DNA from: Octopus sinensis
Lineage: Eukaryota
NCBI RefSeq assembly: GCF_006345805.1
Contig: NC_043008.1
Span: 44,764,001 to 44,828,000 of the forward strand
Direction of reading: 5' to 3'
Length of the DNA: 64,000 nucleotides
Shown: in pieces, positions 1 through 11,776 of the stretch
Position numbering within the stretch: position 1 is the stretch's first letter
Layout of the letters: each line of letters starts with the position of its first letter
Translations under genes and position numbers: made by a program
The notes under the pieces: model-generated
The model's input: the letters and a program-made list of their open reading frames with translations, nothing else
What the model was told of the DNA's origin: nothing
Database searches by the model: none

Positions 1-327
1 TATATATATATATAATAATATATATATATGTATGTATGTATATATGCATATATGTATATATATATACATACCTGCATATTATATATATATATATACGCAT
101 TATATATATAATATTATAATATATATATATATATATAATATATATCTATATATACATCATATATTTGCATATATATATAAATATATATATAAACAAATAT
201 AGAGACAGATAGATATATACATATATGTATGTATACATGATATATGTATACACACACTCTCTCGCATACATACATACATACATACATACATACATACATA
301 CATACATACATACATACATACACACAT
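1..327. repeat. (TA)n / (TATG)n / (CATA)n compound microsatellite
   Basis: Directly visible; accounts for ORF 114..323. Confidence 0.95.
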
Positions 328-624
328 AATTCTACATTAGCACGTTCTGTTCGTCCAGCAATCGAAAGGTAACTAAAACGATTGTCCCAGATCTCAAATA
401 TTTATTATTCAAGGAGTATCTTTGACATCAATTGATTAGCAGTACTCATTCAGCGCACATTTTAGCAGTGCTCTCTCTCTCTCCCTGTCTTCCATTCACG
501 TCTCTCGGGGTTTTTATCCTCATTGAATCGAGAAGATATTACCGGTCTTGTACTCGGGTAGACTTCTTTGTCTCATAACCCACCCTCCTCATATTGCTGT
601 CCTCTTGCGTATTTTGAAAAAATA

Positions 625-844
625 CTTTTATTATTATTGTTATTAATAATATTGCCATTATTATTATTATTATTAGTAGTAGTAGTAGTAGTAGTAGTAG
701 TTGTAGTAGTAGTAGTAGTAGAAGTTGTAGTAGTAAAGCAGCAGCAGTAATAGTAGCAGCAGAGTAGTAGTAGTAGTAGCAGCAGCAGAAGCAGTACTAG
801 TAAGTAGTAGTAGTAGCAGCAGCAGCAGCAGCAGCAGCAGCGTT

Positions 845-890
<46 letters not shown>

Positions 891-1035
891 TGTAGTAGTA
901 GTAGTAGTAGTAGAAGTTGTAGTAGTAACAGCAGCAGCAGTAATAGTAGCAGCAGCAGTAGTAGTAGTAGTAGCAGCAGCAGAAGCAGTACTAGTAGTAG
1001 TAGTAGTAGCAGCAGCAGCAGCAGCAGCAGCAGCG

Positions 1036-1089
<54 letters not shown>

Positions 1090-1090
1090 T
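625..1090. repeat. Compound trinucleotide repeat (ATT/AGT/AGC) with an internal ~190-bp duplication
   Basis: The block gaagttgtagtagtaa..gcagcagtaatagtagcagcag..gaagcagtactag occurs at ~720-800 and again at ~913-993. Confidence 0.9.
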
Positions 1091-1760
1091 TGAGTGAGAG
1101 AACAAGCATATCGTCAGCGTGACACTGGGGGTACAAATACACAAACCCCAATATATTCTTCATAAGATCATACCAGGTACATGTATCACAATCATATGTT
1201 CTGGTCATGGTGATCTCCCATCAAGATATGCAGCCCATTAACTTCCCAGTAAGTAGATCCTAGTAAGACTTTTCTCCAGGCCGATTTCCTCCATTCCATT
1301 TAAAAGGCCTATGAATAAGAAGCCATAAGAGCCACTGGCCTGTACTGCTACAGGACATTTTGTCATTATTGTTATTATTATTGAGTGAGAGAGCAGTGCA
1401 CGTCATCAAAGTGACACTGGGGTAAAATATACGTACCCCAGTATACCATCAGGACTACCCGTCTGATAAGGGTACACTAGGCACATGCATCACAACCATA
1501 TATGCGCGACATGGTAATCTCATATCAAGATAAACAGCACATGACCTTGCAGGTGGGGCTCAGTTAGAATTTTCTTCTGGTCAAGTAACCCATCCCACTC
1601 AAAAGTTCCATGAATAAGGTTTATTTAAGGATGTTGAACGAACCACCCATGTTTCCAGAGGTAAAGCATTCAAACCGCAAAGAATCCCCCTCAACACATG
1701 GCTATGATGTTCCCATACTACTTCTTCTTGTGATCAGAGATGCACATATCGTCAGCCTAG
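1090..1760 (-). mobile_element. Two related fragments (1090-1290, 1380-1760) of an interspersed retroposon family, probably 3' portions
   Basis: Both begin ttgagtgagaga..gtgacactgggg on + and follow (AGT)n/(ATT)n tracts, consistent with minus-strand 3' tails. Confidence 0.5.
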
Positions 1761-2504
1761 GGGTATTTTGTTTGGGGTGGGGTGATTTTGTCCTGATACC
1801 ATTAACGGGAATTTTGACATAATACTAGTAAGGCAGATTTTGTCCTAATACCGTTAAAGATAATATATCGAATTATCAGGAACAGAAGGACAATCGATTG
1901 AAATTCATGTAGTATTTTTTTTGTGTGTGTGTGTGATCTTTGAACTGTAAACTCAAACCTTACTGATTAATACGTCTTCACACATTCTGAACTTGGTAAA
2001 CAAGTCTGACATGTACAACATTTTACTCAGGAAGAGTCTGATCATCGAAAGTGATGTCTCGTGGTGTTAGCTAACTTTTTGCATCATGCTCATTGAAATA
2101 CCATCTTCACTAAATAGAGCGTTAATGAGTTTGAGAATTACATAAACAAGAAGCCTAGTATTTCCTGAAATGTCTCTCAATGCTAAAGCATCAGTTGGCG
2201 AGAGAGAAAACTTTAGAACGAAGGCATGGACCAGACAAATACATCAAATTTCTCGATTAAACAGAAAATAAAATTTGACTTAGAATCTGAGCTGTTTGAT
2301 TCAAGTACTTTGTCTCCACATACACACATACAAAACATGGACAGTTGTTCACATATGCAAACATAAATATACGTGCACAAATATATACGTATATACAAGT
2401 ACGTATATATATATTTATCTGTGTACACAACCAGAATATCCTATTATGATACTTACCAAATATAGGCCGGAAACTCAGGCCGAACCCGCTGCCCTAACCA
2501 CTAG

Positions 2505-2540
<36 letters not shown>

Positions 2541-2546
<6 letters not shown>

Positions 2547-2755
2547 ATCAAAACATGAAAACACAAAGAGAAAACACAACAACGCGAGGACGTGGAACAA
2601 GTATAGTGTTATTGAACGCTCAGGAAAGGAAAGAAAGAAGGGGGATTTAACGTTTCGAACAGAGCTCTTCGTCAAAACATAGGAAAAGGAAAGACCCAAG
2701 GTAGGGAAGACGGAGGAACAAAATCGCCAACGGTACAAACGCTGTCACATTTTGA
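2541..2755 (-). mobile_element. Penelope-like pLTR fragment with degenerate hammerhead motif (2645-2680), between (TA)n tracts
   Basis: Minus strand reads TTGACGA-A-GAGC-TCT-GTTC-GAAAC-GTT; C3 is lost and stem I is weak. Confidence 0.6.
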
Positions 2756-2779
2756 ATATATATATATATATATTATATT

Positions 2780-2814
<35 letters not shown>

Positions 2815-2876
2815 TATATATATATATACATATATATATATACATATATATAATATATATATATACATACATATAT

Positions 2877-2922
<46 letters not shown>

Positions 2923-2938
2923 TATTATATATATATAT

Positions 2939-3012
2939 GCACCTCGGGCACGTGCCTTGTGAGTGGATTTGGTAGACTGAAACTGAAAGAAGCCTGTCGT
3001 ATATATGTATAT

Positions 3013-3057
<45 letters not shown>

Positions 3058-3276
3058 GTGTATGTTGTGTGTCTGTGTTTGTCCCCCTAGCATTGATTGA
3101 CAACCGATGCTGGTGTGTTTACGTCCCCGTCACTTAGCGGTTCGGCAAAAGAGACTGATAGAATAAGTACTGGGCTTACAAAGAATAAGTCCCAGGGTCG
3201 AGTTGCTCGATTAAAGGTGGTGCTCCAGCATGGCCGCAATCAAATGACTGAAACAAGTAAAAGAGTAAAGAGTAAA

Positions 3277-3278
<2 letters not shown>
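2939..3278 (+). mobile_element. SINE family B (tRNA-derived, internal microsatellite), 5'-truncated
   Basis: Shares gtgagtggatttggtagac..gaaagaagcc and ..gctccagcatggccgc..gactgaaacaagtaaaagag with the copies at 29954, 35888, 36229, 52010 and 52903. Confidence 0.8.
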
Positions 3279-3327
<49 letters not shown>

Positions 3328-3832
3328 CATGTGCTTTAACTGCCACATTAGAGCGTGTAGCTCTTATTTCTAGCAATGTAACTGTTTATAGTTCTCCTTG
3401 TTGGTACATATTTGCTTAGTTCTGACTAAATGAATTTTTTTTTTTAAGTATGTATATATGTATATATATGTGTAGCGTATAAAATATCTCGCAGACAAGC
3501 AAATATCCTTATCTTAAAGTTCGGCTGATTTCCGACAGCCTTACCATTTACAATGTTACATATTTTGCTATTTAAGATGTAAATGAAATAAGATATGCTG
3601 TCAGCCTTGAAGAGAACTTCCTTCTTTATTCAGATAATGTCAAATACTGTCAGATTAAGTCTTCAACCGACAACTTCCACGACCGTCTATATCTACCAAT
3701 CGATTTAACTATGTATTTATTTATCTCTCTTTCTCTCTGTTGATATATATATATAAATATAATCTTTTGTCACCTATATATAAATGCTATCACTTAATAT
3801 TAAATATTATTTCTATTATATAAAATAGCATC

Positions 3833-3867
<35 letters not shown>

Positions 3868-4056
3868 GGATAATTCTATGTAATCTCATGGTTTAAAACA
3901 AACAATTGATTTTACTTATTTATTTATTAGACGTTCACTAGTACAACACAAAAAAACCCCCAAATATATGGCACACTAGGCATAAAAACAACGTGAACTT
4001 CGAACCTGTTGTCTCTTGAGGTCTCTGGGTGAGACTTGGAGCTAAATTCAAACATA

Positions 4057-4098
<42 letters not shown>

Positions 4099-4112
4099 TA
4101 ATAATAATAATA

Positions 4113-4255
4113 CTTTGCACAATAGGAACACGGCCGGAAATTTTGGGTGAAGGGATAAGTCGATTACATCGACCCCAGTATACAACTAGTACTTTGTTCA
4201 CCCCCAAAAGGCTGAAAAACAAAGGCGACATCGGCGGAATTCGACCTGAGGTCTA
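4113..4255 (-). mobile_element. SINE family A variant fragment with (ATT)n tail
   Basis: Family A core aagtcgattacatcgaccccag..gacatcggcggaattcga; adjacent (AAT)n at 4058-4112. Confidence 0.65.
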
Positions 4256-4385
4256 CTTTGCCTTTTATCCTCTCAGGGCCGATTAAGTAACAGTGAAACA
4301 ATTGGGACGATGTAATCGATTACACCTCTCTCCCAAAAAGGTTGCCCTTGCGGTAATCGTTGAAATCAACAACAACAACAACAAC

Positions 4386-4446
<61 letters not shown>

Positions 4447-4672
4447 TTCACTGGACCAATTTCTTCAAAATATTCCGGAGCACCCTCTTACACCCTCATA
4501 TGTCTCCACTAATAATAATAATAACTCTTTGCTAGTGTGGAACATAGTGCTCCATATAGGATTAAAAGACGCCACCAGGTGGTGCTATTAAGTTAGACAC
4601 GGCCTGGGCCTATACTGGACGAAACATATAAAAGTATACGTGTATATATATATACACACATTTATATACATC

Positions 4673-4710
<38 letters not shown>

Positions 4711-4736
4711 ATATTATATATATATATATTCGCCAT

Positions 4737-4774
4737 TCTATCTGATGAAGAGCGTAGGCTCGAAACGTAAAAGA
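4737..4774 (+). ncRNA. Minimal type-I hammerhead ribozyme in a Penelope-like pLTR fragment (4731-4866)
   Basis: TCTAT-CTGATGA-A-GAGC-GTAG-GCTC-GAAAC-GTA-AAAGA: intact core, 4-bp stem II, palindromic ACGT stem III, stem I 4/5 paired. A related degenerate copy lies at 6420. Confidence 0.7.
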
Positions 4775-5543
4775 CTTTTCCATTTCCCAGAGCGTCAAAC
4801 TAATACCCTTGCTTGTTGCTCATATACCTCTCTTCGCCTTCTGTTTTTCTATAAATTTCAACTGTATGTGTGTGTACGTGACGGGGGTGTGTATGTGTGC
4901 GTGTGTTCCTGTGTGTGCATGTGTGCCTGTGTGTGCATGTGTGTGTGTCTGTATGTATAAATTGAGTGGGAATCGAACCGTTGAATTTGTTAGTTAATAA
5001 GACGTAAAGCCAAAATGATTCTCCCCAGATACCTCAAAATATGCTTCAACTCACGAATTCCAATAAAGAATCTTACAAACGAAATACAAAATTTGTTGTG
5101 GAACTGGTAGATTTTTTTGAGCTTTGCATAGAATAGGCCAACGTTTTTTTTTTTGTTTTTTTTTAATCAGTACTCTTCTACAAGTCCTGCCGAGTACTTC
5201 TTTACCTCTCAACATTTCCAGGAGTGATATAGTGTAATAAAGTACCGTGCCGATTTGTTGCCGTGAGCTGATTTAAATTTTAGAGAACCATGCAGGATCA
5301 TATGCTATATTTCTTCCATCTCCTAATGTAATGACAGCCAAGCTTGAGAGGTAAATGATACCATGGGTTATTGATGTATTTCGACTGCTTTTCCATTAGA
5401 CAAGCATCGGTGGTATGAAGGAAGAATATAGTTACCTTCTAGGATTCCACATATGTATTGCTTATTGCTATGCACAGATATGTGCAGCTGTATGATCCAC
5501 AGTGAGAAACCAAAGCCCTCATATACGTAAGTATATATATATG

Positions 5544-5740
5544 TTTCTTTAAAACCCACAAGGGGCTAAATATAGAGGGGACAATCAAAGACAGACAAAC
5601 GGATTAAGTCGATGACATCGACCCTAGTGCGTAACTGGTACTTAATTTATCGACACCGAAAGGATGAAAAGCAAAGTCGACCTTGGCGGAATTTGAACTC
5701 AGAACATAGGGACGGGCGTGCTAACGTCTCTTCCAGCTCG
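5544..5740 (-). mobile_element. SINE family A (tRNA head + Deu/Nin-like core), deletion in head
   Basis: Reverse complement of the 5937 copy, lacking part of the tRNA-like head. Confidence 0.85.
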
Positions 5741-5936
5741 TAAGCATATATAATCGTAAGTATACAGCACAAATCATGAGAAGATAACCTTGAATGTTTC
5801 TACATATGCATAAATACACAAACGCACACATATACACATAAACACACATGTATACACATATATACACACATACACAGATACACCCGCACACACATACATA
5901 TATACATAAGAATGGATATATGCTTATCCATTCTAA

Positions 5937-6165
5937 GGCGGCGAGCTGGCAGTAGCGTTAGCACGCCGGACGAAATGCTTTGCGGTATTTCGTCTGCTGC
6001 TACGTTCTGAGTTCAAATTCCGCGGAGGTAGACTTTGCCTTTCATCCTTTCGGGGTCGATAAATTAAGTACCAGTTACGCACTGGGGTCGATCTAATCAA
6101 CTTAATCCATTTGTCTGTCCTTGTTTGTCCTCTCTATGTTTAGCCCCTTGTGGGTAGTAAATAAA
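5937..6165 (+). mobile_element. SINE family A, full length, 19-bp TSD
   Basis: ggcgagctggc..gagttcaaattcc (B-box-like)..gcctttcatcctttcggggtcgataaattaagtacc. TSD atatatgcttatccattct at 5916-5934 and 6169-6187. Confidence 0.9.
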
Positions 6166-6414
6166 TATATATATGCTTATCCATTCTGAGAGCCACTCCG
6201 GTATCCGGTCAGAAAATATTTCCCTCCAAACTCACGGGGTTTCTGTATGTAAGTACATACACGCATGAGACTGTGCATATCACCCTGTTTGTGGTTGTTT
6301 ATATTATTAGATATTTGCCATTTAGAGTGTCTTGAGGGTCGTTTCGTTTGTACTTTTATTATTGACTGAGAAAGCAATGCATGACACTGGGACACAAATA
6401 TATATGTTTTTCTC

Positions 6415-6540
6415 GTGATCCTTTCTTCAGAAGAGCGTAGGCTCGAAACATAAAAGGCTTTCTCACCTTCCCGGGAATTAAACTAATACACATGTTTGTT
6501 ATTTAAGCATGTCTTCGTCGTTTGTAAATTCCAACTATAT
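6415..6540 (+). mobile_element. Degenerate copy of the 4731 pLTR/HHR family
   Basis: CCTTT-cttcaga-A-GAGCGTAGGCTC-GAAAC-ata-AAAGG: stems I and II intact, core mutated. Confidence 0.65.
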
Positions 6541-9110
6541 GTGTGTGCGTGCATGAGTGTGTGCACTGTGGTACGAACATATACGCACGAACGCACCTAC
6601 ACACACTCACATACATATATAAAGACACAAACATTTACATGCATACTTATATTTAACCGAGCTTGAGTGCCTGAATCTTAGATCGTATCTATTTACCTAT
6701 TCAAATCTTGTATTGTTATATATTGATATACATGTATTTGTAAGTAATAATATGCTTACAATTTTAATAGCTATGTTAACTGATTCGTAATTAGCATGGT
6801 TCTGTTGTATTTGTCGTTATGCATTGAATGATATCCATTGGCTACGTATGTCACTTTACAAACCTGTACAAAAGATATCTTGTGATTTTCACATATATTA
6901 GAATCAGTTGTGCAATTCGACAAAGCTTTCCCTTAACCGTGATTTGAAATCATCTTCCTGCAGGGACTTATTCTTACAAATTTTCCAAATACAGAAGAAT
7001 TTTGTCGGTCACGCAAGCGGAAGTTTCTCTTCGAATAAATTACTTTGGAACTTCCCACATTCCTTGCTTTGTTTCTTTAAATTTGTGAGGGCGTTTCATT
7101 TTCTGTTTCACTTTCTTTTTCATGTTGTGTTAGAGTTTTATCCGATATGATAATTGCTTATTTTCATAGTATGTTAAACCGATGCTTAAATTTGTGTTCT
7201 CCGGTTTTCTAGGCATTTAGAATATTGTTGATCATGACCAGCCTTTACGTGCATGCTTCTTTTGAACATGTACCATAAAACGTATTTAGAACCACGCTTC
7301 TAATAACCACTTCTGTTGTATTCAGTGAAGTGGAACATCATAAAATACAATGTATCCTACAAAATTTTCATTCAACTTTGAATCGTTTTACCATTTAAAT
7401 TCTAATAGTTTTGATTTTTCGTCAATACCTACATCATATTCGCTTCTAAACATTTACCACATTCGTCTACAATGTTCAGCGAATTTCATAAATACTTAAA
7501 TGAAAGACCATTAATTGTTCGACTTCGGATATTTTTCTGTTGGAATGCGATGTATGTAGATTCACCATCGTTTCCAGCTACATTAGCAGTACAAACGACA
7601 GGTTACAGATGATAATCGAAATTAGCTACAGACCTTATTTAGTGGTCCCACTGTCATTACTGGAGGTAACTTGTAAGGGTAATAGAACATTATAGATAAC
7701 CACCTTGGATGTAACGATAAATAGAGTTCAATAGCTGTAGTGACATTCCAGCCGATCATTTTTTTTTTAATCCCTGGAGTCTTCGAGAAGAGACCTTGAG
7801 CTTCCGTATTATTCAATAGCTCTGTTCGATACTAGGTTTTCAATATGAGACCCACGCTTGTATTTACTCTCAACCGATCGTTGGTACACACATACTGACA
7901 CATTGAAGCTTCCTCTAATTCTCCTAGAGTAGCCAGATAACCATTTCAAAATTTGTTGATAAAAACATTACAGCTTTCTCCTGAATAATTACCTCGATCA
8001 AATGCTCTTACTCTTCTCGTTTGCGATATATATCGATATATCATCGATGTATTTCTTTGACAGATTTAACCGACGTCTATTTTCAGCCTGCAATACTATG
8101 AAAAGTTGAAGTGTTGCTGCTGATAATGTTGGTTTTATTAATATGGTAATTGTGTTTTCGGTCTACGCACTTCACAAATCATAACTGCATGCCATCTATC
8201 TTTCTTCGTCTATCATATTTTTCTTAGATTCGAATTTCGTTTTCAGACACAAACACGCGACGAAGGGGAGCATTCCCAGCATTTTTTTATTGTATCTAAC
8301 ATCTGAGATACCCCACGAGTGGCTTTAATGAACAATTAAGCAAAGCCAGTAGGTCGAGGTTGGGATTATATGTATATTATATATCATATACTTTACAAAA
8401 TATCTCGGTACAAATCCTTTTTGCGCCAAGGGAATTGGACAGTCTTGTTAATCATACGAATAGTACAGTTTACCTTTAAACAAAATAGTTTTTAAATAAA
8501 ACTGTATGAGACTCGAATAATTAGATTAAAGTTTTAATCTAAGACTTTGTTAATACTCTAATATTGGATTCTACTCAAAGAACAAGGCCAGACATTTCTG
8601 GTTGGATTTTTGTTGTTACGATTGACCCAAATATTTGACTGGTGTCGCCCCTAGTGGGTAATAAAGAATCACCAAATATTTGACTGGTATTTAAGTTTCT
8701 CAAATATGAAAGGATTAAATGTTGAGTCGAAATCACAACTCAAAGAGACCTAAAAAATCTGACTATTTTGTTGCCTGCTCTAAATATGCTGCAAATCGAA
8801 AAATACAACCGAGAAGATGCTGCTGCGCTATTAAAAGAAATAGATTTTAAATTCAAAGCAATATTATAAGCATGAATAGCAATGACGGGTTATACATTAA
8901 ACGTGGTTTTAAAAGTTTATCATCAACGACTTTATCTGTTTCAATCATTCTAATATTGTCAACCGTCAGATAACCTTAGATCAATTCACTCGGTATCAGC
9001 TGTATTTTCTATCTGATGGCACCATGAACAGGTTTCCTCACACTTCAGTGTTTTTAAAAGTATTGATATGAGATACTTGCGATTTTTGGAGAGTTAATAC
9101 TTCGAGAGTT

Positions 9111-9410
9111 GAGGTGCAATGGCCCAGTGGTTAGGGCAGCAGACTCGCGGTCGGAGGATCGCGATTTCGATTCCCAGACACGGCGCTCTTTGTGTTTATT
9201 CGGCGAAAGCACCTAAAAGCTCCACGATGCTCCGGCAGGTGGTGGTGGCGACCCCTGTTGTACTCTTTCGCTACAACTTTCATTCTCTCTTCCTGTATCT
9301 TGAGTAATGCTACGATGGACTGGCGTCCCGTCCAGCTGGGGGGAACACATACGCCATAGAAACTGGGAAACCGGGCCCATGAGCCTGGCTAGACTTGAAA
9401 TGGGTGATGT
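9111..9410 (+). mobile_element. SINE family C (tRNA head, V-domain-like core), 14-bp TSD
   Basis: Head ggcccagtggttagggcagc..gatttcgattccc; gatggactggcgtcccgtccag resembles the V-SINE domain. TSD ttaatact(t/c)cgaga at 9094-9107 and 9418-9431. Confidence 0.8.
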
Positions 9411-10174
9411 TTATCGTTTAATACTCCGAGAATGAGGTTTTGTGGTGGTATTATTTTAGTCGTTCGAAAATTGTACGAAAAAAATTGAACAGAGCGAAGA
9501 CATTCCTTTCCCCTTATATATACAATTAATGCGTTTATTTGTTTCAGCTTGCCGATATATTTTCATAATGCGTGTGCATCAATAGTCGCAAGGTGAGTTT
9601 TCTTCATAATTATTAGATACAGGAATGGATTCAAATTTGCTGAATTTTAGAAAAAACAGCATGGATCTGCTCGCTCAGGTTCTCATTTGGTAAATTGTGT
9701 AGAATGGATTGTTGTACTGAATAAAACACTGCTGAGAATCGTCCACACACAGCAACTTTGCTTTTGGTATCTTGTGTAGAGTCCACTGTTTCAAGCCATA
9801 GTATAGGATCCCTGCCCTGAGAATACTAATCCTATACTTATCTCCCTATCTCTGAAACTTAAAATGTTCAGGGACGCTACGACGCTTAAACAAAATTTAT
9901 TTCATCATATTCACGAGAGGACAGAGAGAGAAAAACTACACTGATCACAATTACATATCTATACATCTGTAGATGAAACTTTTGGATGGAATGATGTGGA
10001 CATATTTTTGAAAAATCTCACATTCAAGTTCTACTCCATATCATTCCATAGTAGAATTTTATCTTTATTTTAGAAGTACATATCGAGATTGTAATTAACT
10101 CAGTTAATAATTAGTAGTCTGTTTTATAAAACTATAATGCTTCTGTTTCCATTGGAAACTACTAATGAGAACGG

Positions 10175-10216
<42 letters not shown>

Positions 10217-10424
10217 ATAAAATGGAAATACATTACATTTTTAATTAGAAAATAAAGTTATCGGAATCCTCCATATGAAGAAAAAACTAATCAGTAAGTA
10301 TAAAAGTATTAGTAATATAAATGGTAATAATTTTTATTTACATAGTCTACATCGAGACACAGCTAAAGAGCCTTCGTCTTCAAAGAGATGATTCCATGTA
10401 CCATTGTAATACTGATTTCAACTT

Positions 10425-10560
10425 CTGGCACAGGGGTAGCGATCTTTGAGGGTGTGGAGTCGATTACATCAAGCTCAGTGCTTGCAGCATATTTTATACA
10501 CTCCGAAAGGAGTGAAGGCAATGTCGACTTCAACAGAATTTGAACTCAGAACGCTAAGTA
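10425..10560 (-). mobile_element. Degenerate SINE family A variant
   Basis: gagtcgattacatc..gaatttgaactcagaacg. Confidence 0.6.
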
Positions 10561-10769
10561 TTTTGTGTTGCCGCCTTATGTACCTCAGTCTTAATGATAT
10601 ACTAAAGGTCGCTATGTTACATTACTACTTCCGAAATAGTGTATGCTGTAACTACGATGGATTTAGCCATTGTACACGCCTTTATTCTACAAAAATTACT
10701 TATGTATGTCATGACTAATGTGAAGCAAACAGCAATTACCAAGACCAACCCTCCTTACCTGTTAAACCC

Positions 10770-10990
10770 ACTGCACAATACTGGGAACTGACAGGCGACC
10801 AGAGAAAGCTGTCGAAACTCCGTCTTATCATTAAGACTGAACATAGCTTCATTCGATGTCAGCAATAAAGACGTAGTTTACACAGAACTCCACTTCCTAG
10901 AAGGATCACATTTACAAAGTAAACGAGAAAGAGGTATACATATTCAGTGTTGGTAGAAGTAAGTCGAAAGGACTTCGGCAGATAAATAGA
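10770..10990 (+). pseudogene. Possible decayed RTE-type AP-endonuclease N-terminus
   Basis: Frameshifted pieces RLNIASFDV..YTELHFLEGSHL / YIFSVGRSKS loosely resemble the RTE APE segment LSETRL.EEG.L..YTFFWSGRSK; judged by eye only. Confidence 0.25.
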
Positions 10991-11045
10991 CGAGGAGATC
11001 TGTTCTTCAACAACATGTTTGTGTTCTTACTGCTTAGTCTCCATA

Positions 11046-11776
11046 TTTCTTTATTATGATTATACAATCGTTACATAGAAGGACAAATACAGGACATACA
11101 TGCAAAAAACAGTTAAGAGGTTCGATTAAAAATTTTCCATAACATTTGGATTATTCATTATAAAAATTCGTCTGTAAATTGTCCTTTACATGACCAATAG
11201 AATATTATAACATTACATAAACTTTCGATCTTACCGAAGTTTTAAACCCCGGCAATTTATAAGGCCCCGCAGCTTTTGTTTCCTCTCCTCCCTCCATAGT
11301 TAAGCTGGGTTTCTGACACCCACCTTTTTTTCCACTTCCTTCCATCTTTTCTCATACACACCCCGTGGTAAGATCCTCTTTTCCAGCCCCATTTTGCTCT
11401 TCAGATGATATCTGAAGTAAGTGAGCAAGCCGGGGCCCGAGACAAAGGATCCTATCGCGACTCCTTCCATTCTTGTACGCCACATGCATTCTTTTACTAC
11501 TGCAACCGTGCAGTGAAAACATGCCTCACCTTCCTTCGAGAGTCCGGTTGGCGGTATCATCTTAATCATAGACTCAGCCGACAGCTGTACTCGTCCCAGA
11601 TGCGATAACACGTGTTCTGCGTAACTTATCAAGTCGGACAACTTCCGACAGTGTACAAAAGCGTGCTGGACGGTTTCCTCGTCCAACTCGCACGTTGGAC
11701 ACGTCGGTGGCACTGAAATTCCGTGCCGCGATAACTTCTCGCGAACAGCCAACCCTGAGAGAGAATTCAAGACCAT
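11046..11776 (-). mobile_element. L1/Tx1-type LINE 3' end: ORF2 C-terminal zinc finger (zf-RVT-like) plus 3' UTR
   Basis: ORF 11300..11776 contains CPTC..EETVQHAFVHC..MWRTR, followed by a 3' UTR ending in AATAAAGAAA on the minus strand at 11046-11055. Confidence 0.85.

Noticed and set aside
5937-6030. tRNA-like heads (also 9119, 40180, 41130, 52905) as tRNA genes
   Set aside because: They retain only A/B-box-like segments, lack a full cloverleaf, and run into SINE bodies, several with TSDs.
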